Part shown: positions 17,653 through 25,953 of the stretch, one piece after another
How positions within the stretch are numbered: position 1 is the first letter of the stretch
Layout: each line of letters opens with the position of its first letter
NCBI GenBank assembly: GCA_036258195.1
Contig: DATAED010000076.1
Coordinates: 9,981-73,980, forward strand
Reading direction: 5' to 3'
Origin: Ktedonobacterales bacterium
GTDB lineage: Bacteria; Chloroflexota; Ktedonobacteria; Ktedonobacterales; JADMIN01
DNA: 64,000 nt
The notes under the pieces: model-generated
Databases searched by the model: none
Told to the model about the DNA's origin: nothing
Seen by the model: the letters and a program-made list of their open reading frames with translations, nothing else
Position numbers and translations under genes: made by a program

Positions 17653-19376
17653 GCAACTCTCCTCAACATCGCAGACAGCGCGCGCCCGGCTGGCATTCGC
17701 ATCGCCGCAGCGCCCGCAGCGCCTGACGCGCCCTTCGTGGCGGGACGCATACACAGCGTCGCCATGCCCTGATCGTCCTCGGCCTGGCAGCGCCAGCCAG
17801 CCAGCGCGAGCGCCTGTTTCAGCGGCGCGTCCGATTGAAGCAGCGCCCACTGGACGTGATAGTGGGCGAGCAGCTTATCCCAGCCCGGCGCGACATCCGT
17901 GATTGTGATGTAATCGGCCAGGTACTGCCGACTATAGACATCTGATCGGCTGTCGATGAATACATGATACTCCGGCAGCGCCTCATCCAGATAGCCGCCC
18001 CACTCATACGGGTTGTAGCCGCGTCCGGCGGGTAGCCCATCCGCACGCAGCCGCTGCGCCGCCTCCACCGGAAAGGCGTGCGCGTCCCACTCGGCATGCA
18101 GGATGGGCTTAGCCTGCCCCGGCACGCGCCCGCCGTTCAGCACGAGCAGGGCCAGAAGCGCCAGCGCCAGCGCTGGCCACACGCCGCGTCCCACCAGCCG
18201 CTCCATCTGCGCCGCACGCTGCGAGGTGGCGCCGAGTCTGGCCCAGACGCGCCGAAGACGACGTACCGCTGCTATACGCCAGTCGGGCGCCAGTTGTGGC
18301 GTATCGGATTCGCCGCTCGCCTCAGCGATGGGCGCGGGCAAGGCATCTACCAGAAAGGGCAGGCAGACCAGCGGCCACAGCGGCACGAAGCGCACATAGA
18401 GAAAGCCCAGCGTCGTCCACAGCGCGCAGATCGCCAGCGCCAGCGGCTCGATGCGCTGCCCGCGCCGCGCCGCCAGCAGCCACAGCCCCACCAGCAGCCC
18501 TACCAGCGCCAGATAGGTCCACAGCGCCGCCAGATGGAAGTCTGGCGACTGGTACTCCTGCGTGTAGCGCGCGATCAGCGGATTGAACGTGAATGTGAGG
18601 ATGTGTCGCCAGTAGCCGAGTCCCCACGGCGTCAGCAGCGTCGCCAGCAATGAGCCTGCCAGCGTCACGCCCAGCCAGAGCGGGCTGGCCACGCGACGCG
18701 CAGGTGGCGTCAGCGTGGCCAGCGCCAACGCGACGCCCAGCAGCGCGATTCCCGCGAGCCAGCCCGCATGGAAGTTGGCCCACAGCGCCGCCGCCGCTGG
18801 AAAGAGCCACAGCCGCCAGCGCTGGCCCGTACGCCAGTAGCGGTACAGCCACTCGGCCCACCACAGCGTGAAGAGCAGCGAGAAGACCTGCGCCCGCGCT
18901 GTCCACGCCATCGCCACCAGCGGCGCGCCCAGCAGCGTCAGCGCCACCGCTGGCAGCGGCGAGGCGCCGTGCCGCCGCAGAGTCAGATAGAGGCCCAGCA
19001 GGGTCGCGGCCATCAGCAGCGAGGCGACCGAGACGACGCCATTCAGCCCTCCGATGGCATAGCCCAGCGCATAGACCACCTGCGAGAGCCATTCCCACTG
19101 CACCGCTGGCTGCCCCAGCATGCCGCTGAGAAACGGCTCTGTGCGCGGCAGCCCGTGCTGCAGGGTCAGCGAGCCAAGCGCGATATTCCAGCCGACATCG
19201 CCGTCCACCCCCAGGATGCGCCCCTGCAAGCCCAGCAGCCCGACGAAGAGCGCGCAAACGAACAGGACGTCACCTAGCGACGGCAGCGCCCATGCCACCA
19301 TCCGCTCGACGCGCGTCAACTGCGGCGCCTCGGCTGGCGTCGCAGGCGCTGGCGTCTCGACCGCCCGCTGGCTCAT
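17649..19376 (-). CDS. Polytopic membrane protein, GT-C-type glycosyltransferase-like
   Basis: The product is about 575 aa with 10 or more hydrophobic helices, an early loop motif VDGDVGWNIALG (acidic DxD-like, as in GT-C enzymes) and a ~170-aa C-terminal soluble domain. The start is the ATG at 19376, after GGAGATGGAG. Confidence 0.5.
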   Translation of the reverse strand: MSQRAVETPAPATPAEAPQLTRVERMVAWALPSLGDVLFVCALFVGLLGLQGRILGVDGDVGWNIALGSLTLQHGLPRTEPFLSGMLGQPAVQWEWLSQVVYALGYAIGGLNGVVSVASLLMAATLLGLYLTLRRHGASPLPAVALTLLGAPLVAMAWTARAQVFSLLFTLWWAEWLYRYWRTGQRWRLWLFPAAAALWANFHAGWLAGIALLGVALALATLTPPARRVASPLWLGVTLAGSLLATLLTPWGLGYWRHILTFTFNPLIARYTQEYQSPDFHLAALWTYLALVGLLVGLWLLAARRGQRIEPLALAICALWTTLGFLYVRFVPLWPLVCLPFLVDALPAPIAEASGESDTPQLAPDWRIAAVRRLRRVWARLGATSQRAAQMERLVGRGVWPALALALLALLVLNGGRVPGQAKPILHAEWDAHAFPVEAAQRLRADGLPAGRGYNPYEWGGYLDEALPEYHVFIDSRSDVYSRQYLADYITITDVAPGWDKLLAHYHVQWALLQSDAPLKQALALAGWRCQAEDDQGMATLCMRPATKGASGAAGAAAMRMPAGRALSAMLRRVA

Positions 19377-19641
19377 GCTCGCTCCATCTCCACGATAGGT
19401 ACCCCCGCTCACCCTCATCCAGCGCGCGTTTTGGCGTTTATCTGTAACAAAGAGGACGCCGCGCACTCTATAGTATGACGGTTGAACCTCCCAATTGTCG
19501 GGGTAGTGTGCGCAAATGTCGCCGGGCGCCGCAGAGTGGCATGCGCAGCGACCCGCGCGGCATAATGCAGACAAGGTGGAAGCGCGTGGCCTGGCGCGGG
19601 CATCCGGCAAGCCAGCATCCGTAAAGGAGAGCAATCATCCC

Positions 19642-20262
19642 ATGGGTATCTCACGACTGTTCGGGCGCACGCCCGATCCCGAAGCAAGCGAAACGCTCCC
19701 TAACGGCGCGCCGCGTCTGCCACCCGGTCAGACCCTGACGCACAAATGGCCGATTCTGACGCATGAGGCGACCCCCAAATTCGATCCGGCGGCCTATCGC
19801 TTCCGCATCTGGGGTGCGGTAGAGGAGCCGCTGGAGCTGAACTGGGACGAACTTCAGGCGCTGCCCCGTGTGCAGTTGACGGCGGATTTCCACTGCGTGA
19901 CGACGTGGAGCCGCTTCGACAACGCCTGGGAGGGCGTCGCGATCCGCGAGCTGCTGGCGCGCGTCAAGCCGAAGCCGACAGCGACGTTTGTGCTGGCGCA
20001 CTCCTGGACGGGCTACACGACCAACATGCCGCTGGCCGACCTCGACGACGACGATACGCTGGTCGCCTTCAAGCACGATGGCGAGGAGATCGAGCGCGAG
20101 CATGGCGGCCCCGTGCGGCTGATCGTGCCGAAGCTGTACGCCTACAAGAGCGCGAAGTGGCTCAGCGGCCTGGAGTTCCTGGAACAGGACAGCCCCGGCT
20201 TCTGGGAGCAGCTTGGCTACCACAATCACGCCGACCCCTGGACGGAGGAGCGTTTCTGGTAG
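19642..20262 (+). CDS. Sulfite-oxidase-like molybdopterin oxidoreductase domain protein (YuiH-like, ~206 aa)
   Basis: FHCVTTWSR (Moco-ligand Cys), HGGPVRLIVP and KSAKWL are motifs of the Oxidored_molyb domain. I moved the start to the ATG at 19642, after AAGGAGA. Confidence 0.8.
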   Translation: MGISRLFGRTPDPEASETLPNGAPRLPPGQTLTHKWPILTHEATPKFDPAAYRFRIWGAVEEPLELNWDELQALPRVQLTADFHCVTTWSRFDNAWEGVAIRELLARVKPKPTATFVLAHSWTGYTTNMPLADLDDDDTLVAFKHDGEEIEREHGGPVRLIVPKLYAYKSAKWLSGLEFLEQDSPGFWEQLGYHNHADPWTEERFW

Positions 20263-20355
20263 CGGATCATGCCGTCTACACAGCATGACAATTGGCCAGC
20301 GTATCGGAATGGATACGCTGGCCAACGTGTTTGTGGCGTTCTGTCTCGATCACAT

Positions 20356-21108
20356 CTAGCTGGCGCGCCGCATCCGCTGGTAGTCGGAGCTGAGCTGCGT
20401 GATGAGCTTGCGGGCCTGGTCATAGCTGACGATGCCCTCTGGCTCAGGCCGCTTCAGCGCCTCGCACAGCTTGCGGATGCTGACGAGCTGCTGCTCGGTG
20501 GCCGCTGGCTCATCGCCGCGCGTCTCACCGCGTGTCTCGCTAGCGGCGCGCTCTGGCGCCTCGGCCACTGGCTCTTGCAGCGGCGCCTCGCGGATGACGC
20601 TCTGGCGGCGCGGCGCCACCGAGGCAGCCGCAGCGGGAGCCGCTGGAGCAGCCACCCGACGAGCCGCCGCTGGTCGCCGCTCGACGGGCGCATCCACCAC
20701 GCGGGAGCCTTCATCCATCTCTGGGGCGAAGGCCGTGCCATAGCCCAGACCCAGCAGCGCGCGACCGAGCGACTTCGTACTGGCCTTCTCGATGTAGTCG
20801 GCGAAGTCGCGCGCCGACTCCGAGCCATACATGACACTCTGATTGCCCAGCACGTCTCGTGCGACGGTCTTGAAGTGCGCCCATCCCGCCTCGCGGTCGA
20901 GCTCCACCAGCTCGGTCTGCACCGCATAGGGGCCGGTCGCCAGTCCGGCGGCGATCAGCGCGCGCTGGTCGCGGATGAACCATAGCAGTCGCGACTGCAC
21001 ATTGAGGTAGTCGCGTCCCTTCAAGCTGATGAGCTGATCTTTAGGATCGAAATCCGGCGCGATCATCCAGTTGGTTGGAAACGGCGCCTTCTGGCTCGTC
21101 TGTTCCAC
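20356..21108 (-). CDS. Rad52/Sak-like single-strand annealing protein candidate with a low-complexity linker and a small C-terminal helical domain
   Basis: GTG start at 21108, 8 nt after GGAGGA. The N-terminal ~130 aa contains ISLKGRDYLNVQSRLLWFIRDQ and EKASTKSLGRALLGLGYG, which resemble (from memory) the beta-hairpin/helix core of bacterial and phage Rad52-family annealases (KAxTDALKRA..FG). This is not verified by search. Confidence 0.45.
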   Translation of the reverse strand: MEQTSQKAPFPTNWMIAPDFDPKDQLISLKGRDYLNVQSRLLWFIRDQRALIAAGLATGPYAVQTELVELDREAGWAHFKTVARDVLGNQSVMYGSESARDFADYIEKASTKSLGRALLGLGYGTAFAPEMDEGSRVVDAPVERRPAAARRVAAPAAPAAAASVAPRRQSVIREAPLQEPVAEAPERAASETRGETRGDEPAATEQQLVSIRKLCEALKRPEPEGIVSYDQARKLITQLSSDYQRMRRAS

Positions 21109-21240
21109 GATCTCATTCCTCCAGGGGGCCTGTCTCCAGGCGTCTTGGTGAGTGGATTGATGGCGACGTATGACGCCCCTTCACTCGCCATAACATTCTG
21201 TTTGCAGTTGTCGCCGCCGGTAATGCGCAGACAAATTGTG

Positions 21241-21260
21241 GAACATATGTTTCATGTCAA
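21241..21260 (-). promoter_or_regulatory. Perfect -35 hexamer overlapped by a LexA (Cheo-type) box candidate, upstream of the Rad52-like gene
   Basis: The minus strand reads TTGACA-TG-AAACATATGTTC-CACAATTTG. The 12-mer matches GAAC-N4-GTTC at 11 of 12 positions with an ATAT centre and fills the promoter spacer. The -10 is weak (CACAAT/CAATTT). The site is about 135 nt upstream of the GTG start. Confidence 0.45.
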
Positions 21261-21537
21261 GCGTAGCATACGCTAAGCACTTTGGCAAGCCTCGCGCGGG
21301 ATGCTCCGCTGCGCCAAAATTGCGCTAAAATAGAGATACCGCGCATCCGCCCGCGAGCGGAAATGCGGCGGCGCAATGGGAGAGTAGGCGCCTCGGTCGC
21401 CCGGTGACACGGCGCGGCGCTCGCTCGTCGTACATCTGGACGCATCTGCGCTCAACTGCGGCCCTACCGCCGCGACGCGGTCATCCCACACACGCAGACC
21501 TGGCGCAAAGTGGCGCCATTCGAGGAGGAACAGGCAC

Positions 21538-22860
21538 ATGGCGACCAAAATCACCATGCCCCAGCTTGGCGAATCAGTCGCCGAGGGCACCGTCGGGCGC
21601 TGGCTGAAGCAGGAAGGCGACACCGTCAAGCGCGATGAGTCGCTGGTCGAGATCATCACCGACAAAGTGACCGCTGAACTGCCGTCACCCGTCTCCGGTC
21701 GCCTCGTCAAGATTCTCGTCGCCGAGGATCAGACCGTCAAAGTCGGGGTAGACATCGCCGAGATCGAGGAGACGGGCGGCGCCAGCGCCACCAGCAGCCA
21801 GAGCGGCGCCCAGGCCGACGCCGCAACGCCCGCGAGCAGCGCCTCCAGCGCGACCAGCGCACCGCCGAGCTATCAGGCCAGCGCAACAAATGGCGCGACG
21901 CCCAGCGCTGCGGCGCGCCCCGCAGGCGCCGCCACGGCGACCGCCGAGCGTGTCTCGCCGCTGGCCCGCCGCATGGCGCAAGAGCACAACATCGACCTGA
22001 ATCAGGTGCAGGGAACCGGCGACGGCGGGCGCGTACGCAAAGAAGATATCGTCGCCTTCCTGGGCGGCCAGACCAATGGAGCCGCCGCAGTCGCCGCGCC
22101 TCCCATCACCTTCGCGCCTGCGCCCGCCGCGCCGACGCCGCCCGCGCCGCCCGTCATCTTCACTGGCGAGGATCAGGTCATCACGCCGACGCCCGCCCGC
22201 CGCGCCATTGCCGAGCACATGGTGCGCAGCAAGCGCACCTCGCCGCACGCCACGACGCTGGTCGAGGTGGATATGACGCATCTGGCGCGCTGGCTGGAGC
22301 ACCACAAAGACGACTTCAAGCGGCGCGAGGGCGTCGCCGTCGGCTTCCAGACCTTCGCCATCAAGGCCGTCGCCGAGGCGCTCAAAGAGCAGCCCTATCT
22401 CAACGCCTCGTGGACGGAGGACAACAAGATCGTGCTGCGCAAGGCGATCAACATCGGCGTCTCCATCGCGCTGGAGAACAACCTGGTCGTGCCGGTCATC
22501 CGCAACGCCGATACGCTCAATCTGGTGGGCATCGCGCGGGCGGTGGCTGATCTGGTCACGCGCGCGCGCGCCAATCGCCTGATGCCAGCCGACATGCAGG
22601 GCGCCACCTTCACGGTCAACAATCCCGGCGTCTTCGGTACGCTCATCTCAATGGCGATCATCAATCAGCCCAACGCGGGCATTCTGACGATGGATGCAGT
22701 GGTCAAGCGCCCCATGGTGATTGACGACGCCATCGCCATCCGCCAGATGATGTACATGTCGCTCTCGTTCGATCACCGCGTGATCGACGGGCTGACCGCC
22801 GCGCGTTTCCTGGTGGACCTCAAGCGCCGCCTGGAGACCTGGACTCCTGAAGGCGAGTAG
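21538..22860 (+). CDS. Dihydrolipoamide acyltransferase (E2) of a 2-oxoacid dehydrogenase complex
   Basis: The lipoyl domain carries the TDK lipoyl-lysine (EIITDKVTAEL). An Ala/Pro linker leads to the E3-binding domain (SPLARRMAQEHNIDL...GTGDGGRVRKEDI) and the catalytic SFDHRVIDG. GAGGAGGA precedes the ATG. No E1 or E3 gene is adjacent. Confidence 0.88.
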   Translation: MATKITMPQLGESVAEGTVGRWLKQEGDTVKRDESLVEIITDKVTAELPSPVSGRLVKILVAEDQTVKVGVDIAEIEETGGASATSSQSGAQADAATPASSASSATSAPPSYQASATNGATPSAAARPAGAATATAERVSPLARRMAQEHNIDLNQVQGTGDGGRVRKEDIVAFLGGQTNGAAAVAAPPITFAPAPAAPTPPAPPVIFTGEDQVITPTPARRAIAEHMVRSKRTSPHATTLVEVDMTHLARWLEHHKDDFKRREGVAVGFQTFAIKAVAEALKEQPYLNASWTEDNKIVLRKAINIGVSIALENNLVVPVIRNADTLNLVGIARAVADLVTRARANRLMPADMQGATFTVNNPGVFGTLISMAIINQPNAGILTMDAVVKRPMVIDDAIAIRQMMYMSLSFDHRVIDGLTAARFLVDLKRRLETWTPEGE

Positions 22861-22913
22861 CTCCAGGTTGCCTCGAACGGTTGACCAGCGCTGCACCGTT
22901 TGAATGAGGACAA

Positions 22914-22950
22914 CTCCCCTCTCCCAGAGGGAGAGGGGAGGGGTGAGGGC
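22914..22950 (+). terminator. Family-A repeat acting as a likely terminator hairpin after E2
   Basis: A perfect 12-bp stem, CTCCCCTCTCCC (22914-22925) / GGGAGAGGGGAG (22929-22940), with loop AGA and tail GGGTGAGGGCG. It lies 54 nt after the E2 stop and has no U-tract. Confidence 0.55.
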
Positions 22951-22966
22951 GCTCCAGAGACGCAAC

Positions 22967-22996
22967 AAGCCCGCTGGTCAACGCGCCAGCGGGCTT
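22967..22996. terminator. Second perfect hairpin (11-bp stem) between E2 and the 71-aa minus-strand ORF
   Basis: AAGCCCGCTGG (22967-22977), loop TCAACGCG, then CCAGCGGGCTT (22986-22996). The flanks are only weakly U-rich on either strand. Confidence 0.3.
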
Positions 22997-23112
22997 CATC
23001 GTGCGTGGATGAGAAAGATAGCTGATAATGGATGCGGATGAGACGACGGGTGAGGGGTACGCCGTTGTACGCCTTCGCCTGCGCTGACCTGAACAGTCGC
23101 CCAGCGATTCGC

Positions 23113-23328
23113 TTAGCTGGCGATCGCCGATGCTCGCTCTTCCTGGCCGGCACCTACGACCGCCCGCAGAAGCTCGAAATCGCGAGTGGCCATGTCTTGC
23201 TGATGCCACTCATAGGTCTTGCGGAAAGGGAGCGGAAAGTCTGGGTGGCGCGCTTCCACATAGAAGCCCGCGCCTGCGCGGCCCAGATGCACTTCCGCTC
23301 CGGTCTTGGTGTTCGCGAAATGAAGCAT
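23113..23328 (-). CDS. Candidate 71-aa protein of unknown function
   Basis: MLHFANTKTGAEVHLGRAGAGFYVEARHPDFPLPFRKTYEWHQQDMATRDFELLRAV... has a non-repetitive composition. GAGGGAAG lies about 10 nt upstream of the ATG. I recognise no family. Confidence 0.35.
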   Translation of the reverse strand: MLHFANTKTGAEVHLGRAGAGFYVEARHPDFPLPFRKTYEWHQQDMATRDFELLRAVVGAGQEERASAIAS

Positions 23329-23535
23329 TACAACTCACTTCCCTCGACGATTCGTACTTCGTTTGAGGGGGCGATACTAACAGCATATTGCCCACCGCCA
23401 TTACGTATTATATCGCATCTGTGAAGCCCCCTGCAGAGGTTATTCGCTCGCTTGCCAGCCAATGAGCAACCGTTTTTTCTCAGGCGTTATGCGGCCTCGC
23501 AGCGCCTGAGATGCACAAGCTGGCGGCGTCTTTTG

Positions 23536-23544
23536 TGCTATACT
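23536..23544 (+). promoter_or_regulatory. Candidate extended -10 promoter element for metG
   Basis: TGC-TATACT sits about 40 nt upstream of the metG ATG. It shares the TGTGCTAYAYT block with 7609-7619. No good -35 is present. Confidence 0.35.
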
Positions 23545-23581
23545 GTGCTGCGCAACATGAGTGAAAGAGGTACTAGCCCAT

Positions 23582-25294
23582 ATGACCATCCAGCCACAAA
23601 CGCCCGCCCCAGACAACCAGCGTGTTCTGGTGTGCGTCGCCTGGCCCTATGCCAAGACCAGCACGCACGTCGGCCAGATCGTTGGCTCGTTCCTGCCCGG
23701 CGACATCTTCGCCCGCTACCATCGTCTCGCGGGGCATGACGTGCTGATGGTCTCTGGCAGCGACGCGCACGGCACCCCCATCACGGTCGACGCCGACAAG
23801 GAGGGTATCCCTCCCGGCGAGCTGGCCGCGCGCTACCACGCGCAGATCGTCGATGTACTCGATCAGCTCGGCGTCACCTTTGACTGCTACACCATCACCA
23901 CCACCGAGAACCACTACAAGGTCACACAGGATGTCTTCCTCCGCCTGCTGGAGCATGGCTACATCTTTAAGGATACGATGGAGTCGCCCTACTGCCCGAC
24001 GGATCGCCGCTACCTGCCCGACCGCTACATCCTGGGGACGTGTCCCTACTGCGGATTTACCGATGCGCGCGGCGACCAGTGCGATAACTGCGGCCGCACG
24101 CTCGACCCGATTCAGCTCATCGACCCGCGCTGCCGCATCTGTGGCAGCCTGACCAGCAAGATCGAGATTCGGCAGACGGAGCACTTCTTCCTCGACCTGC
24201 CGAAGTTCTCGGAGCCGCTGCGTGTCTGGCTGGAGTCGCATCGTAACCACTGGCGCGCCAACGTCACCAACTTCGCCCTGAACTGGATCAAAGAGGGGCT
24301 GCGCGCGCGCGCCATCACGCGCGATCTGGACTGGGGCGTGCCAATTCCGCTGCCCGGCTACGAAGGCAAGCGCATCTATGTCTGGTTCGACGCCGTCATT
24401 GGCTATCTCTCTGCCAGCATCGAATGGGCGGAGCGCACGGGCCAGCCTGACGCCTGGAAGCGCTGGTGGGAGGTCGGCGACGATGGGCTGGAGCCTTCGC
24501 GTGGCTACTATTTCATCGGCAAGGACAACATCCCCTTCCACACCATCATCTGGCCTGCCATGCTGATGGGCTACGAGGGTCTGGCGCTGCCCTACGATGT
24601 GCCAGCCAACGAGTTCATGCAGATGGGCGGACAGAAGGCGTCGAGCAGTCGCGGCAACGTCATCTGGACACACGACGTGCTGGCCCAGTACGGCGCCGAT
24701 CCGTTACGCTACTATCTGGCCGCCTCGCTGCCCGAAGCGCGCGACACCGAGTTTACCTACGACGAGCTGGTGCGCCGCAACAACGATGAGCTGGTCGCCA
24801 CCTATGGCAACGCCGCGCATCGCACGTTGACGTTCGTGCAGCGCCAGTTCGAGGGCAAGGTTCCAGAGCCGGGCCAGTTGACGCCTGCTGACGAGGCAAT
24901 GCTGGCCACAGTGGAGCAGGGATTTAGCGCCGTGGCGGCGGCCATCGAGGCGGTGCGCCTGCGCGACGGGCTGAACGAAGCCATGAACGTAGCCCGCGCC
25001 ACCAACCGCTACCTGGACGAGCAAGCCCCCTGGCGCACGATCAAGACTGACCGTGCGGCAGCCGCGCGCGCCGTCTGGACGACGCTCCAGGCGCTCAATG
25101 GCCTGAAGATGCTCTTCTCGCCGTACACGCCCTTCTCATCGCAGAAGCTGCACACGCTCCTGGGCTTCGAGGGCGATGTGACGGCCTGCGGCTGGTCGGC
25201 CCAGCGCGCGCCCGCCGGGCAAGCGTTGCCCGCGCCCACACCGCTCTTCGTCAAGTTCGATGCGCCGAAGAGCGAAGAGGCGGCTGTCAGATAG
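23582..25294 (+). CDS. metG: Methionine--tRNA ligase (zinc-knuckle type, no C-terminal Trbp111 domain)
   Basis: WPYAKTSTHVGQ (HIGH-like region), zinc knuckles CPTDRRY...CPYCG...CDNCG...CRICG, WGVPIP and the anticodon-binding domain are present. The KMSKS position reads KASSS (24635-24649). The ATG at 23582 is preferred over 23561. Confidence 0.9.
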   Translation: MTIQPQTPAPDNQRVLVCVAWPYAKTSTHVGQIVGSFLPGDIFARYHRLAGHDVLMVSGSDAHGTPITVDADKEGIPPGELAARYHAQIVDVLDQLGVTFDCYTITTTENHYKVTQDVFLRLLEHGYIFKDTMESPYCPTDRRYLPDRYILGTCPYCGFTDARGDQCDNCGRTLDPIQLIDPRCRICGSLTSKIEIRQTEHFFLDLPKFSEPLRVWLESHRNHWRANVTNFALNWIKEGLRARAITRDLDWGVPIPLPGYEGKRIYVWFDAVIGYLSASIEWAERTGQPDAWKRWWEVGDDGLEPSRGYYFIGKDNIPFHTIIWPAMLMGYEGLALPYDVPANEFMQMGGQKASSSRGNVIWTHDVLAQYGADPLRYYLAASLPEARDTEFTYDELVRRNNDELVATYGNAAHRTLTFVQRQFEGKVPEPGQLTPADEAMLATVEQGFSAVAAAIEAVRLRDGLNEAMNVARATNRYLDEQAPWRTIKTDRAAAARAVWTTLQALNGLKMLFSPYTPFSSQKLHTLLGFEGDVTACGWSAQRAPAGQALPAPTPLFVKFDAPKSEEAAVR

Positions 25295-25325
25295 CGTCAG
25301 CGCTCAGAGCGAGCCGCCTTCACCT

Positions 25326-25358
25326 ATCCCCCTCCATCGCGCATGGAGGGGGATTTTT
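25326..25358 (+). terminator. Canonical Rho-independent terminator of metG
   Basis: ATCCCCCTCCAT (25326-25337), loop CGCGC, ATGGAGGGGGAT (25343-25354), followed by TTTTT. It lies 32 nt after the metG stop. Confidence 0.75.
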
Positions 25359-25403
25359 GCCTGCCGATTGCATCGCTCGCCCACACGCATCGCCTGACTT
25401 CCG

Positions 25404-25447
25404 GCTCCCACTCTCCCTGTGGGAGAGGGGGCTGGGAAGTGAGGTCG
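25404..25447 (+). repeat. Family-A GC-rich hairpin repeat
   Basis: GCTCCCACTCTCCCTGTGGGAGAGGGGGCTGGGAAGTGAGGTCG, with stem CTCTCCC/GGGAGAG plus outer CCC/GGG pairs. Confidence 0.6.
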
Positions 25448-25953
25448 CACGGCTGATTTTCGGCCCTACGCACATATGACTAGTCAGTCAGTTTCGAGAC
25501 TGAATTCATGGTCACTCGCGAGTTTGCCGAAAGGTCGTTACGTTTCGCCGCTCGCCACGTTTTATCATCAACATGCCGCAATGGTCTTCGCAGCCGAAAC
25601 GCCTGTGAGCAGCCATGCGCATGGACGCACATATGTGGGCCTCGCAGCCACGGGGCGTTGCTGAAAGGAGCTTGCGCCGACCCCTGAGGCGCTTGCGCTC
25701 AGCCCGGCTGGAGCAGCGGCGGCAATTGCCGCGCCACAATCGTACCGACGCCGGTGTTCGCGTGATGTCCGCCTCGACCCGCGTACCTCGCTTTTCTTGG
25801 TTTCCGTCATATCGTCCATCTGGCCAGGATTGACCACCAAATTGTGGCGCATCAACCGCCACGGTGGGGCGCCGGACGGCGATGGTGTTGCGCGTGGCGG
25901 CAATGCGAGCCGCCATACTCACGATCACAGTTGATCAAGGGAGAAGCATCGCG

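Noticed and set aside
23329-23581. T-box leader upstream of metG
   Set aside because: There is no T-box sequence (AGGGTGGTACCGCG-like) and no specifier or antiterminator architecture. The region is only about 250 nt and holds a plausible promoter.
25512-25928. 138-aa minus-strand ORF, plus 62-72-aa plus-strand ORFs, in the long gap before the secreted-protein gene
   Set aside because: Their composition is Arg-rich and low-complexity, they lack SD sites and show no motifs. I treat the region as non-coding leader or regulatory DNA.
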